DNA of 64,000 nt from a virus, in the IMG/VR virus record IMGVR_UViG_3300002835_000013; one strand, given 5' to 3'. The notes beneath the pieces are model-generated. The model ran no database searches. It was not told the DNA's origin and was given only the letters and a program-made list of their open reading frames with translations. This document shows, one piece after another, positions 19,972 through 29,348 of this stretch (its first letter is position 1; each line of letters begins with the position of its first letter). The translations under genes were made by a program, and so were the position numbers.

Positions 19972-21008
19972 TTTGTTTGTTTTAGATAGTCCAATGTTAT
20001 TTTAGTATCATTACGAAGTATATCATCCATTTCATTCATCGAATTAGGTCCGTATTTGCCTATAATGTCATCAAGTTCAAATGGCTTTTCGGTATCGCCC
20101 ATCGCATTTCTGGTGAGGTCATCAAGATAAGAATTGTTCCTATTAGCTATATTTTGTAGCGCCCGACTGAACGGCGCAACCGGACGTGCAGGCATATTCG
20201 CTCCTTCCTGAAAGTCCTGGAAGTTCATATTCATCGCTTTGACCGCAGGATTCTGCAAGGTCGACGCCGGCCAGACCTTATTATTATCAAGTTTCGTCGG
20301 AGCATCACACTTCCTATCTGGGACACGGACCTTACGGAGCATTTCCTCTAGTGACTGTGACTTTGACTTTAGTGGCTCGTCAATCATGAGGTCTTCTTTT
20401 GTCTTCCAATCACGGTGTCTAAACTTATCAAGGCGCCACTTCTTTACTTTCTTATTACCATTGACAATAAGGTGCTTGTTCATAATAGCGTTATAAGTCT
20501 GATGGCTAATGTAAAGTCTGCCGACATGATAGGATGCCATACAGTGAATGAAGTCAAAATGATCAATCAGTGTCTTGCGATCCGTGAAGTCGGTCTTGAT
20601 ATACTGGACATTTGAATCCTGATTGAGTGCAGTAGCAAAGATATGTTCATTGCTATAATCATCATCCTCGTCCAGATGATACTTTACTATCCAAGTACCC
20701 GGTTTATGCCTAATCATATTCTCAAGCATGTTGTGTTGTGTGGGATTTTTAGGATGGAATGATTCATTCTTTAGAAGAAAGGTATCAATGTCGTTGATGA
20801 GTTCATCCCTTAGCAGAGAACTAATACAACCACCAGCAACGATTATAAATTCTCTATTATAACCATCATCAGTGGATACCCCCTCACTTTTATCCCAACT
20901 TGGATGTCTTCTTTCATAAAGGCCAACGTCTTTGATTAGTATTTCTAGTTTCCGTTTGACATCGGCAATGTGCCGAACTTCTTTGTCGGTAAAATCTTCA
21001 CTAGACAT
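19968..21008 (-). CDS. Nucleotidyltransferase-fold protein (CCA/poly(A) polymerase head-like)
   Basis: IVAGGCISSLL....NDIDTF (GG...DxD) and FDFIHC motifs. Confidence 0.55.
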   Translation of the reverse strand: MSSEDFTDKEVRHIADVKRKLEILIKDVGLYERRHPSWDKSEGVSTDDGYNREFIIVAGGCISSLLRDELINDIDTFLLKNESFHPKNPTQHNMLENMIRHKPGTWIVKYHLDEDDDYSNEHIFATALNQDSNVQYIKTDFTDRKTLIDHFDFIHCMASYHVGRLYISHQTYNAIMNKHLIVNGNKKVKKWRLDKFRHRDWKTKEDLMIDEPLKSKSQSLEEMLRKVRVPDRKCDAPTKLDNNKVWPASTLQNPAVKAMNMNFQDFQEGANMPARPVAPFSRALQNIANRNNSYLDDLTRNAMGDTEKPFELDDIIGKYGPNSMNEMDDILRNDTKITLDYLKQTK

Positions 21009-21019
21009 GATGTAACCCT

Positions 21020-21244
21020 TTATAAAGGAAGTTGTGAGGTATTAGATTTCTTGAGAAAGTGGAGTTCTTCGGCTTCTAGTTTGATTTTGGATTTGAGAAC
21101 ACCCGAGACTAACTTTGCTGCGGTCTCTATCTCGAATCCTGTCTGTTCACAATACATAACGACGGCATCGATATAAGGAATGTCTTTCATATAGACCAGT
21201 TCCTCAATCTCTAAACTAAACTTTTGTATGTCTTCGGGGGTCAT
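21020..21244 (-). CDS. gp33: Late transcription coactivator gp33
   Basis: F..EIE......YIDAV..YCE.....E..AKL.S..LK.KI..EA..L.FL. Confidence 0.92.
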   Translation of the reverse strand: MTPEDIQKFSLEIEELVYMKDIPYIDAVVMYCEQTGFEIETAAKLVSGVLKSKIKLEAEELHFLKKSNTSQLPL

Positions 21245-21267
21245 TTGTTCCTCTGGTTCATAATATA

Positions 21268-21581
21268 AAAGGTGATTTTTCTGTTTCGAGGAAAACCACC
21301 AAACCCAATGAACTTACGCTGCTAGAGCGAAGTCAAATGGTACATTGTCGTTTGCTGCACCTGCAATTTGCCTTTGGTCTCCTTACGACCTTACTGTATC
21401 CCGTCGAACCTGTTCGCCCCCATCAAAGATACACTGTTGGACCCTCTGTCTTGTTCCAACTTTTCTCATAAAGAGTTGCGGGTTCCTATCTTTTCAGTCT
21501 AGGCAGTGTATCTATGATGGAGGCGGTGGGAATCGCACCCACGTCCAAGAAACCTATATTTCGTCTCTCAACGACCTCGGC
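21268..21581 (-). ncRNA. ssrA: tmRNA, circularly permuted two-piece form
   Basis: T-arm GTGGG-TGCGATT-CCCAC plus CGCCTCCA (ends 21518) precedes 5' GGGGGCG (starts 21421) with the Ala G3.U pair; tag frame ...ANDNVPFDFALAA-stop (21355-21314); terminal hairpin plus T run. Confidence 0.93.
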
Positions 21582-21591
21582 AATTCTATTT

Positions 21592-21754
21592 ATCGTCTCC
21601 ATCAAAGATACACTCTTAGCGTCAAAGTGATGGACTTGAACCATCATACCTTTCTTTGATATTCAGATATACCGAACGTTACGATATACCCTTAGTCGGC
21701 CAACTCGCTATGTTAGATAATTAGTCTAACGAGTGTATCCATGATGAAGACGAT
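21592..21754 (-). ncRNA. Unknown structured RNA closed by a ~24-bp helix, containing a T-arm-like hairpin
   Basis: Arms 21592-21615 and 21731-21754 are complementary; TGATGG-TTCAAGT-CCATCA hairpin; own TATAAATA promoter at 21763-21770; no credible ORF. Confidence 0.7.
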
Positions 21755-21765
21755 TCCAATTCTAT

Positions 21766-22050
21766 TTATAATGGGGCGAAGGTTTTATTGTGACCGTCGA
21801 TTGATAATGTGACTGCTCCAACGTAGCCACATTCTTTTGTTCCTGGAATGGAAAACTCACCGCTACCATGCCAGTGAAATGTAGGAGCGTTACACTCACC
21901 GCCGTTAATAGAAACCAACGAAACATCCATCACCTTCTTTGCTTTACAGTGGATGATATGGCTATCGCTAGCCTTCTTATCGCATGATATATCATCCGCT
22001 GCCATTGCTGTTCCACTCAATAATGATAATAATACTACAATCCGTTTCAT
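21766..22050 (-). CDS. Small secreted Cys-containing protein
   Basis: Signal peptide MKRIVVLLSLLSGTAMA; four Cys. Confidence 0.65.
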   Translation of the reverse strand: MKRIVVLLSLLSGTAMAADDISCDKKASDSHIIHCKAKKVMDVSLVSINGGECNAPTFHWHGSGEFSIPGTKECGYVGAVTLSIDGHNKTFAPL

Positions 22051-22053
22051 TTG

Positions 22054-23460
22054 TCAAGTCCTATTGTTGATGTATTCTAAAAGTTTTCCATGATCGGGCT
22101 TGATACTGACGGACATATCTCCTAGATTTGGTATGTGGATGATATCTGCCAACTCAACTCTTTTCATGTAAAAGCTGCTAATGTCGTTCCCGATATCACA
22201 ATCAGACAACATGGATTCATCTTCTGTTACAATATATAACAGATTACTAATCTCGTCAACCACTATCTCAAATCGACTTCTGGAATACTTTCTTTCCAAA
22301 AGTTCTATCAAGTCAAAAGAGTTGATATCAATGTCATTGATGCGTGGCAGTTTGTTTTTTCGGACAAAGTAAAAATCCTCTGTGACATAATCTCCAGTCT
22401 CTATCACTCTACCATCTGGCATCTTTACCGTTAGCATATTGTCTGGAGTCGTTATCTTATAAAAATCATTACACGGTTTACCTAACGATCTTGGATCAAA
22501 CTTTTCTGTGTTCTTGTCAATGTATGGAAGAAACAGTGGACCGCCAGTTTCACTACAACCAAAAACACTAACAATCTTTTTGATACTACCACTTTTGACA
22601 GCATTCAGCCATTTTGGATTTATGAATGATAGAATCATCATAGTGACAGCGGAAGCATCTATTTCACCAGACTCTAATGTAGAAAGTAACGAGTCTGTTG
22701 CTAAACCGTTTGGTGATAGTATTTTAGTTATGCCTTTTCTCTCACAAAACTTCATAACATTGTAGTAATAGCCTTTGTCCGCATCGGTGACGACACTAGC
22801 AAACAAATAATGCTCTTTACAAACAAGCATTGAGGGTAAGAAGAATATACAGATAGAGGATCCATGATTGAAGGACTCTAGATGAATCGCCGAATCATCC
22901 TGATTGAATCCGAGTTGCTCCCAGTTCATAGAACATAGGTCATAAAGAAAAGAATGTGTTTGACTTATTAGTTTAGGTTTGCCCGTAGTGCCGCTACTGG
23001 TACACAAAAGCAAATCACTATCTGGTGTGGCATATACACCAACATCATTGTCAGAGAAAGCAACATAGTTAGGTTCTAGTCTAATACTCTTCCATGAATG
23101 ACGAATGAAGAAATCGACCGCAAAGTTGTATTCGGGCGCATCTGGTAATCCGTATATGAACATATCCAAAGGCAAATGCGCCAGACATTTAGCACTGACG
23201 CAATCCTTTTCATTCATAGGTCTGGTTAGTATTACCATCTTTAGACCTAACTCAAATGCGGCAAATGTTATAGCCAGATATGATAACTCATAAGATGGAA
23301 TGGCTATCCCTATCTTTTGACCTGGTGTTATCCGTTCTTTGAGAAGTCTTTCTTTCCAGTGATTGATAGATAAGGCAAGTTGTTCAAATGTGTATGTTTC
23401 ATTTGCTGTATGAAATACACTATCTGGTCTAATCCATTTACGAGTAATAATCTTACTCAC
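22054..23460 (-). CDS. AMP-binding (ANL superfamily) adenylating enzyme
   Basis: TSSGTTGKPK loop, FGCSETGG, TGD motifs. Confidence 0.85.
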   Translation of the reverse strand: MSKIITRKWIRPDSVFHTANETYTFEQLALSINHWKERLLKERITPGQKIGIAIPSYELSYLAITFAAFELGLKMVILTRPMNEKDCVSAKCLAHLPLDMFIYGLPDAPEYNFAVDFFIRHSWKSIRLEPNYVAFSDNDVGVYATPDSDLLLCTSSGTTGKPKLISQTHSFLYDLCSMNWEQLGFNQDDSAIHLESFNHGSSICIFFLPSMLVCKEHYLFASVVTDADKGYYYNVMKFCERKGITKILSPNGLATDSLLSTLESGEIDASAVTMMILSFINPKWLNAVKSGSIKKIVSVFGCSETGGPLFLPYIDKNTEKFDPRSLGKPCNDFYKITTPDNMLTVKMPDGRVIETGDYVTEDFYFVRKNKLPRINDIDINSFDLIELLERKYSRSRFEIVVDEISNLLYIVTEDESMLSDCDIGNDISSFYMKRVELADIIHIPNLGDMSVSIKPDHGKLLEYINNRT

Positions 23461-23521
23461 CTATCACTCCACAGCGTTTTCGTAATCGTCTAAATCTGGT
23501 CCGTGTATACCACCGGGTCCA

Positions 23522-23641
23522 TCACTGGCACGGTCTATTAGAACTGTCCCATACAACGCACTTACCGACGGTCGCCAAAACGCAACCAGACAAACCCAAA
23601 CTAAGAAACACCAATGCTACCGCTAGATATACTTTTCTCAT
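23522..23641 (-). CDS. 39-aa lipoprotein (not in the ORF track)
   Basis: MRKVYLAVALVFLSLGLSG-C lipobox, then VLATVGKCVVWDSSNRPCQ; GAGGG RBS. Confidence 0.7.
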   Translation of the reverse strand: MRKVYLAVALVFLSLGLSGCVLATVGKCVVWDSSNRPCQ

Positions 23642-23786
23642 TTGTATTCCCTCATTTCTTTCTTTGCTTCCCTATATCTTTCTCTTTCCTTGAAGTTTTG
23701 TAAAACGCAACATTTACAGGAAAGAAGTTTATATTTTTTACCTTTTAGATCGAACTGACCAGCTACGTTTCTAATATGTAGAGATT

Positions 23787-24467
23787 TCATAGTCCTGTAT
23801 CCTCTCTAAACTTTTTTATCTTATACGCCAGTTCTGGCAAGTAATCTTTACGGTCTTTCACAAACACCTGCGGTTCTTCGTGGTCAACCGATATCAATAC
23901 CACAATCTGCTTACACTTGATGCCTGTCATTTCCTCATACATCAAAGAATAACAGGTACATTGCTCAAAGTAACTTAGAATCCAATCTTCTCTCTTAGGT
24001 CTCAAGGAAGTTTTGAAATCAACAATAGAAGGAACACCATCAAACTCGGCAATACAGTCTACTTGACCAGCGAGACCAAGAGTTTCAGAGTATAGCATAG
24101 TTTCTAGATAGTGAACATTATCAAGTCTATTGAGTATAGGAACAAACTGATTGAAGGCATGCCGCATATCAGGCATTACATCTTCGTTGAGGAACCCTTC
24201 CTGATTGTTGATATAAGATTCCATAAGAGAATGAAATTTTGTACCTCTTCGGCTTGCTCGTCCTGATATTTTGTTCGCTTCTTCTTCGCCAACTTTCTTC
24301 CTCCACTTTTGGATGGAGTCTCCTTTGAAGTGAGAGAGAAAGGTGGTAACCGATGGAAGAGGCCTGCCCGAAGGAGATATATAATATCGTTTTCCATTTT
24401 GTTCTTCTCTTTTCAGATTCACCAACACTGGGTCATTGTTTATATGTGTAAAAGTTTTCATTAGCAA
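23787..24467 (-). CDS. PD-(D/E)XK exonuclease
   Basis: PSVTT, RGT.FH, AGQVDC, IVDFKTS. Confidence 0.85.
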   Translation of the reverse strand: MLMKTFTHINNDPVLVNLKREEQNGKRYYISPSGRPLPSVTTFLSHFKGDSIQKWRKKVGEEEANKISGRASRRGTKFHSLMESYINNQEGFLNEDVMPDMRHAFNQFVPILNRLDNVHYLETMLYSETLGLAGQVDCIAEFDGVPSIVDFKTSLRPKREDWILSYFEQCTCYSLMYEEMTGIKCKQIVVLISVDHEEPQVFVKDRKDYLPELAYKIKKFREDTGL

Positions 24468-24533
24468 CCAACATCAAAATGTTCCTCATTTAATTTATAC
24501 ATTATATACTCCAAATATATAGTTGTCAACCTT

Positions 24534-25106
24534 TTAACTTATTGTTTGATAAGCACCGGAGATATCAAACTCACTTGTGTTTGATGTTGCTCCAACTGGT
24601 GTGGTATTTTTCCAGGCCAAATCTGTGGTACTACCTGAATAGTAGAGTTTCATGACTGTATTACTTATGTCTATATCTGTGATACCGGCGATGTGATATT
24701 TGGCGTCGCCATTTGCTTGATGTAATGTACCGGCTCTAGCCGTTATTGTTGCGATAGAAGGCGCTGGCAAAACAACCTGATACTGCCCACCAACATTGAA
24801 AGATGCGGCATTACAATTAGCAAAATCTATATTAATTCTAAAGTGTGTAATAAGACCTTGCTTTACATAAGACCCTGTAGCAACTACACCAGGAACGTTG
24901 GCACCATTTGCTGTAAATTGAGGATCAAAAGTTTGATTGATAGAAAGTATACTAAAAGGAATACCACCAGGAGTCTCTCCATCCGAAAGTCGGAGAGGTG
25001 TCTGACCATCTGTATCATAGAATATTTCACCGGGTCTTCCGATGTATTCGGTGGCCTGTGTTCCGCCCATATGGTCGGCAAACATTTTGAAAGTGACATT
25101 TGACAT
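24534..25106 (-). CDS. Probable virion fibre/structural protein
   Basis: GEIFYD....LRLSDG.TPGG fibre N-terminal motif; TATAAATA at 25136-25143. Confidence 0.55.
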   Translation of the reverse strand: MSNVTFKMFADHMGGTQATEYIGRPGEIFYDTDGQTPLRLSDGETPGGIPFSILSINQTFDPQFTANGANVPGVVATGSYVKQGLITHFRINIDFANCNAASFNVGGQYQVVLPAPSIATITARAGTLHQANGDAKYHIAGITDIDISNTVMKLYYSGSTTDLAWKNTTPVGATSNTSEFDISGAYQTIS

Positions 25107-25157
25107 TGTAGAAACTCCTGGTTGTAATTTACTTCTATTTATATAACATGTAAACTA

Positions 25158-25871
25158 TCATAGTCCCATTTCAGTTTTCTGAATGATGTATTCTTTGACG
25201 ACACCGGAGCGAACGATGTCCTCAATACCAAATTCGACATGCTCAAATGATGACATACGGCGAGTAATAGCCATCAGTTCTTTGATGCCAGTTCTATCAT
25301 GTGGTTTATGTAGATCGGTCTGGCGATAGTCACCACAAAAGATAATCTTAGAGTTATTACCAATACGTGTCATAACTGTATCGACCTCTTGGAAGGTCAT
25401 GTTGTTACACTCGTCAACAATGATAATGGAATCATTGAATGTAGTGCCACGAAGAAATGATGTAGTGGTAAACTCTACCATTCTCTTTAGTTTCAATATA
25501 CGCCATCCATCTCCACGACCAAATAAATCGTCACAAATTTCTTGGTAGGGTTGTTCGTAAACTTCCGCTTTTTGTTTATCGGTTCCTGGTAGAAAGCCCA
25601 TGTCTCTGGTTGGAACTACGGAGCGGATGATAACGACCCTCTTATATATGTCGTCTGATAACACCTCCTTTAGTGCTAGATATGATGATAGAAAGGTTTT
25701 ACCGGTACCGGCATAGCCATGCAGCATAAGATTGGAGCCATTCGAATATGCGTCCCACACTCTCTGTTGGTTTACTGTTAGTGGTTTAATGTGACGCAAT
25801 TGAAAGTGGTTATGCTCCTCAAAGTTTTGCTGATTTTGCTGCTTGCTATTTCTTCTATTCTTACGTGACAT
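25158..25871 (-). CDS. phoH: PhoH-family ATPase
   Basis: G.AGTGKTF, GFLPG, SFLRGTTF...IIVDE.NN, GD..Q.DL, DIVRSG. Confidence 0.95.
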   Translation of the reverse strand: MSRKNRRNSKQQNQQNFEEHNHFQLRHIKPLTVNQQRVWDAYSNGSNLMLHGYAGTGKTFLSSYLALKEVLSDDIYKRVVIIRSVVPTRDMGFLPGTDKQKAEVYEQPYQEICDDLFGRGDGWRILKLKRMVEFTTTSFLRGTTFNDSIIIVDECNNMTFQEVDTVMTRIGNNSKIIFCGDYRQTDLHKPHDRTGIKELMAITRRMSSFEHVEFGIEDIVRSGVVKEYIIQKTEMGL

Positions 25872-25980
25872 ATATTTTACCTTGTTGTTATTGTTAGTCA
25901 CATTATCATAAACAAAAGAGGTCGATGCCTTGTTACGGGCACGACCTCTAAACTTTTTTGAAGGTATTTCTTCTGACAGG

Positions 25981-26244
25981 TTAAATCTCCTTGGGAATAT
26001 CCCAACGCTTACTCGCTACGGCATCAGCTTGAGGCACCGAGTTTTTGATTCTGCCTAAAACGTATTTTTGGAAGTCGGAGGGAGGTTTAGTGACACCGAT
26101 AGTTACAGGATCGGCAAAGTTCACAGCAAGAATGACCTGTTCCCAATCTGGCTTATCGTCTAGATATGTGTCATGTTCTGCCATCGTCATCTGGACGGTG
26201 ACTTCTTCGTTGGTATTCTTATTGCGAAATGTGTAATATGGCAT
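25981..26244 (-). CDS. FmdB-like small protein
   Basis: MPYYTF.N..T.E N-terminus typical of this T4-like family beside phoH. Confidence 0.6.
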   Translation of the reverse strand: MPYYTFRNKNTNEEVTVQMTMAEHDTYLDDKPDWEQVILAVNFADPVTIGVTKPPSDFQKYVLGRIKNSVPQADAVASKRWDIPKEI

Positions 26245-26272
26245 AGTCCCTCACAGTATTCTGTATTTAGTA

Positions 26273-26830
26273 TTATTCAGTCGCCACAAATGTGAAACGA
26301 TAAGGAATCGAACTCAAAGTTAGTGGCGCTGGCTTATGTAAAATGTGGTTTTCAAATATGATGACTCTTCCTGGTCTAAACTCCGTAGCAATCTCTACCT
26401 CACCATACTTGTTACAAAACATAGTTTCGCCACCCCAATCCTTGTTCCAGGTTGTGTTGATGTAGTATAGTAAGGACTTCTTGCCTTTATGAGAGTTGTC
26501 GGGATGATAACTATATTCGGAAAGATGTGTTGATAAGACCATCCAGAAGTTTTTTGGATTTAGATTGATTTCATACTCGCTGGAGAAAACTTTCCAGTTC
26601 ATAGACTCAAAAAAGCCAAAGTTATAGACATCCTCTTCGGTGAATGAAGACCGAAGAAAGAAGTCCTTTCGGGATTCATAAATGCCTAGAGATGTGCCTT
26701 TGGTATGAAAGAGAGAGTGACCAGCATAGTGGTGCATTCTATAATGTTCATCAACATCAAAGATACCATCGTAAATGTCAATGATATCTTCTGTTGTTGT
26801 CATCAATCTTTTGTGAACTACACGGCTCAT
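26273..26830 (-). CDS. 2OG-Fe(II) oxygenase
   Basis: HPD, LYY.N..W..DWGGET.F, PGR.IIF....H, R. Confidence 0.85.
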   Translation of the reverse strand: MSRVVHKRLMTTTEDIIDIYDGIFDVDEHYRMHHYAGHSLFHTKGTSLGIYESRKDFFLRSSFTEEDVYNFGFFESMNWKVFSSEYEINLNPKNFWMVLSTHLSEYSYHPDNSHKGKKSLLYYINTTWNKDWGGETMFCNKYGEVEIATEFRPGRVIIFENHILHKPAPLTLSSIPYRFTFVATE

Positions 26831-26831
26831 G

Positions 26832-27383
26832 CTATAGTGTTACCTCATTTATCCACGCTGGCGCTTCACGATTCTTCCACTTGTGAAGATGTGCCTTACC
26901 ATGCTTGTAATAGTTCCGATAGTTGACCACTGGGTCTTCGGATATGATGTATTTAGTATCCATACAACTTGGCGGAGTAGTCGGGCCAATACGCTTGATG
27001 TTTTTTGGATGATCGGATAGTTTACCCAAAAGATTGGTTCGCTGAATCTTATGAATCTTGTTATAACGATGGGTATATTCTATACAATACTCGGCCATAA
27101 GATCCCACAACCACTCATAGTTGCTAGAAGACTCACGGGCCCACACAGCACAAGGATGATTGATATGGGTGGCAGAATAAAATTCTGTATCACGCCAGTC
27201 ATCGAGTCGCCAACGCTTTACATTGCGACCAGTCTTTGTCTTATCGGTATACTCTACACCATCAAGTACCCGATGTGCGGTAGATAGAAGTTGGGCACTT
27301 TCAAGGATCATCTTGACGCAATGAGAGTCAACAGCCCACTCGGCACATAATTTGGGGTCAGAGTGTAGATAAAATATATTCAT
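26832..27383 (-). CDS. Pyrimidine-dimer DNA glycosylase/endonuclease V-like protein
   Basis: MNIFYL..DP, H.VKMILESAQLLSTAH, H.NHPC..W, YR.YY. Confidence 0.8.
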   Translation of the reverse strand: MNIFYLHSDPKLCAEWAVDSHCVKMILESAQLLSTAHRVLDGVEYTDKTKTGRNVKRWRLDDWRDTEFYSATHINHPCAVWARESSSNYEWLWDLMAEYCIEYTHRYNKIHKIQRTNLLGKLSDHPKNIKRIGPTTPPSCMDTKYIISEDPVVNYRNYYKHGKAHLHKWKNREAPAWINEVTL

Positions 27384-27856
27384 TTGCTTCGTCCTCAGTA
27401 TAAAATGCTTTTAGCAACACCCAACCACCAGCAGAACCGAAGTCTCTCTTATAGACACCCCAGGCGTGGTTGTTTATCTTTTCGACTTTGTATAGTGGAT
27501 CATGCGTCATCAAACATATCCCAAAAACCTGTTTCCCACCAACCTTCTTCCCACATATCAGCAAGAACCTCCGAAACACCATAATAAGGACAGTCAATAC
27601 ACAACACATCATCAACGTATGCCTTTACGCCTTCGTTATAGGCGATTTGTTTCATTTCATCGGTCATAATTGACATCCTTTTAGGTCTGCGAGCAATCCT
27701 CTTAGCACGATACGAGTAAAAGCATCTTCGTTTTCATCCAATAGATTTTGAAGGTTCATGGCATAATATGCAGCATTATCACCACGAATAAACAAACCAG
27801 GCCAATCGTCGCCAAACTGTGTTGGTCCTGTTTCGACTCTCTTATCAAGTTTTACA

Positions 27857-28084
27857 TCAATTTTTCGTATTATCATTAGGTAACTCCGGTATTTCCATCC
27901 AATGTGTAGGCGCATCACCCTCTACTTGTGCGTATTGTGATCGTTCATTCGTGCCAGAATAATACCATTCTTTCTGTTGAGAATACCAACGACCAAATCG
28001 TATCCATTTCTTTTCTTTATGACAGAGAAGATAATGATTGAACGGATGATCGTATGGATATGTTTCAATCGGTTGCCATGTCAT
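27857..28084 (-). CDS. DUF551-like small protein
   Basis: WQPIET.P ... PTHWM..P. Confidence 0.7.
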   Translation of the reverse strand: MTWQPIETYPYDHPFNHYLLCHKEKKWIRFGRWYSQQKEWYYSGTNERSQYAQVEGDAPTHWMEIPELPNDNTKN

Positions 28085-29196
28085 AGATCACGCTTACCTT
28101 TCCAGAAAGCAACGATAACAGGAAAACGAAGTTTGCCGTCTTCCGTTTTGTTCTGATACCTCACGGTAACGTCCGTGCCGATATAATCATTAGCATTATA
28201 CAGCAAGTCCTTGAGCATGTCAAATGAGCCACGCACTCCCGAAAACTGTGTCGTTCCATCTTTCAAACGGATTTCCACACGCTTGGCAGCACCTGCCCAG
28301 TTACCTTTTCCTTCTTCGATAGAGACAATCTGGAACTCGTCGTCCTCAAACTCTTTATGCTTGATAAGGTTCTTAGAACGCTTGCCTTCATAAAGAGAGT
28401 CAGGAACACGGAGCATTTGGCCTTCGTAACCACTTTCGAGATAATGACCAAGCATTGTTTCAATTTCATTTTCGTTTTTAATCTCGAATGTCCTGACCAA
28501 ATTTATACAACTCTGAAAATATATTTTAAGGTTCGGAAAGAGAAAGTCGTAACGTTCTTCGAATGTGCCATCCATTATACAGTCATATACCCAATACTGT
28601 ATCATCTGCTTAGACTCTTCCAAATCAGCAGCAGTTGGCTTTGTCTTACGAGCCAGTGAAATGATCTTTTCAAAATCATTCTTGAGGTCATGATTATACA
28701 ACTCACCATCAAGAACCACATCAGGATATTTCTGAAAGAATGGTTCTAATGCCTCACGAATATGCGGAGCAGAGATGATAGACTTGCCATTGCGAGACTG
28801 CATACCATCTTTTGAAACGAGACAGCGAACACCATCAAGTTTCGGCTGTGAACAATACGGAAACTTGTTATGCTTCTTGGCATCATACTTGTCGGCCAGC
28901 ATACACTCATAGAACAAATCATCCTTCGACTTAGCAGCAGTAACGCTAGTATAATACTTGCCTTGAAACTGCTTCTTTACATAATGAGCATTTACTTCAT
29001 TAGCAACCTGCATAGCAACGTCGGTCGCATTGGCACGACCAACATTCTTTTCAGTAGGATACTGCCAACCCGAAACTACAATCTTGCCACCATCGATACC
29101 AGAATGTGTCCGATACTTCTCGCTGTCATGTTCGATCCACCAAACACGGGTCTTACCTTTAGTGTCAATCTTGTATAGTTTCGGAAGGCTAATCAT
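28081..29196 (-). CDS. ATP-dependent DNA ligase
   Basis: QPKLDGVRC (KxDG), LDGELY, YEGQMLR, K.K.F.D.E, LRFP. Confidence 0.95.
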   Translation of the reverse strand: MISLPKLYKIDTKGKTRVWWIEHDSEKYRTHSGIDGGKIVVSGWQYPTEKNVGRANATDVAMQVANEVNAHYVKKQFQGKYYTSVTAAKSKDDLFYECMLADKYDAKKHNKFPYCSQPKLDGVRCLVSKDGMQSRNGKSIISAPHIREALEPFFQKYPDVVLDGELYNHDLKNDFEKIISLARKTKPTAADLEESKQMIQYWVYDCIMDGTFEERYDFLFPNLKIYFQSCINLVRTFEIKNENEIETMLGHYLESGYEGQMLRVPDSLYEGKRSKNLIKHKEFEDDEFQIVSIEEGKGNWAGAAKRVEIRLKDGTTQFSGVRGSFDMLKDLLYNANDYIGTDVTVRYQNKTEDGKLRFPVIVAFWKGKRDL

Positions 29197-29348
29197 TACC
29201 AAAATCTCCTCACAAACAACGGCCCAAATCTGTAACTTCTATATGGGTTCCCACTGTTGAACCTTTCCACGATATGAAACGCCCAGTGTTTAGGATTCCA
29301 TATCCAGTGGATTTCAATCTTGTATAGTTTTAGAAGAGGATCGACCAT
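29196..29348 (-). CDS. 50-aa aromatic-rich hypothetical protein (not in the ORF track)
   Basis: MVDPLLKLYKIEIHWIWNPKHW...RRFW; stop overlaps the ligase ATG (TAATG). Confidence 0.55.
   Translation of the reverse strand: MVDPLLKLYKIEIHWIWNPKHWAFHIVERFNSGNPYRSYRFGPLFVRRFW

Noticed and set aside
21615-21730. Canonical tRNA gene
   Set aside because: A T-arm is present but no proper D-arm, U33 anticodon loop or free acceptor end could be built; kept as an unknown ncRNA
25917-25949. Hairpin AGAGGTCG...CGACCTCT upstream of phoH as a riboswitch
   Set aside because: A single stem with T runs on either side; a terminator or processing stem is the simpler explanation
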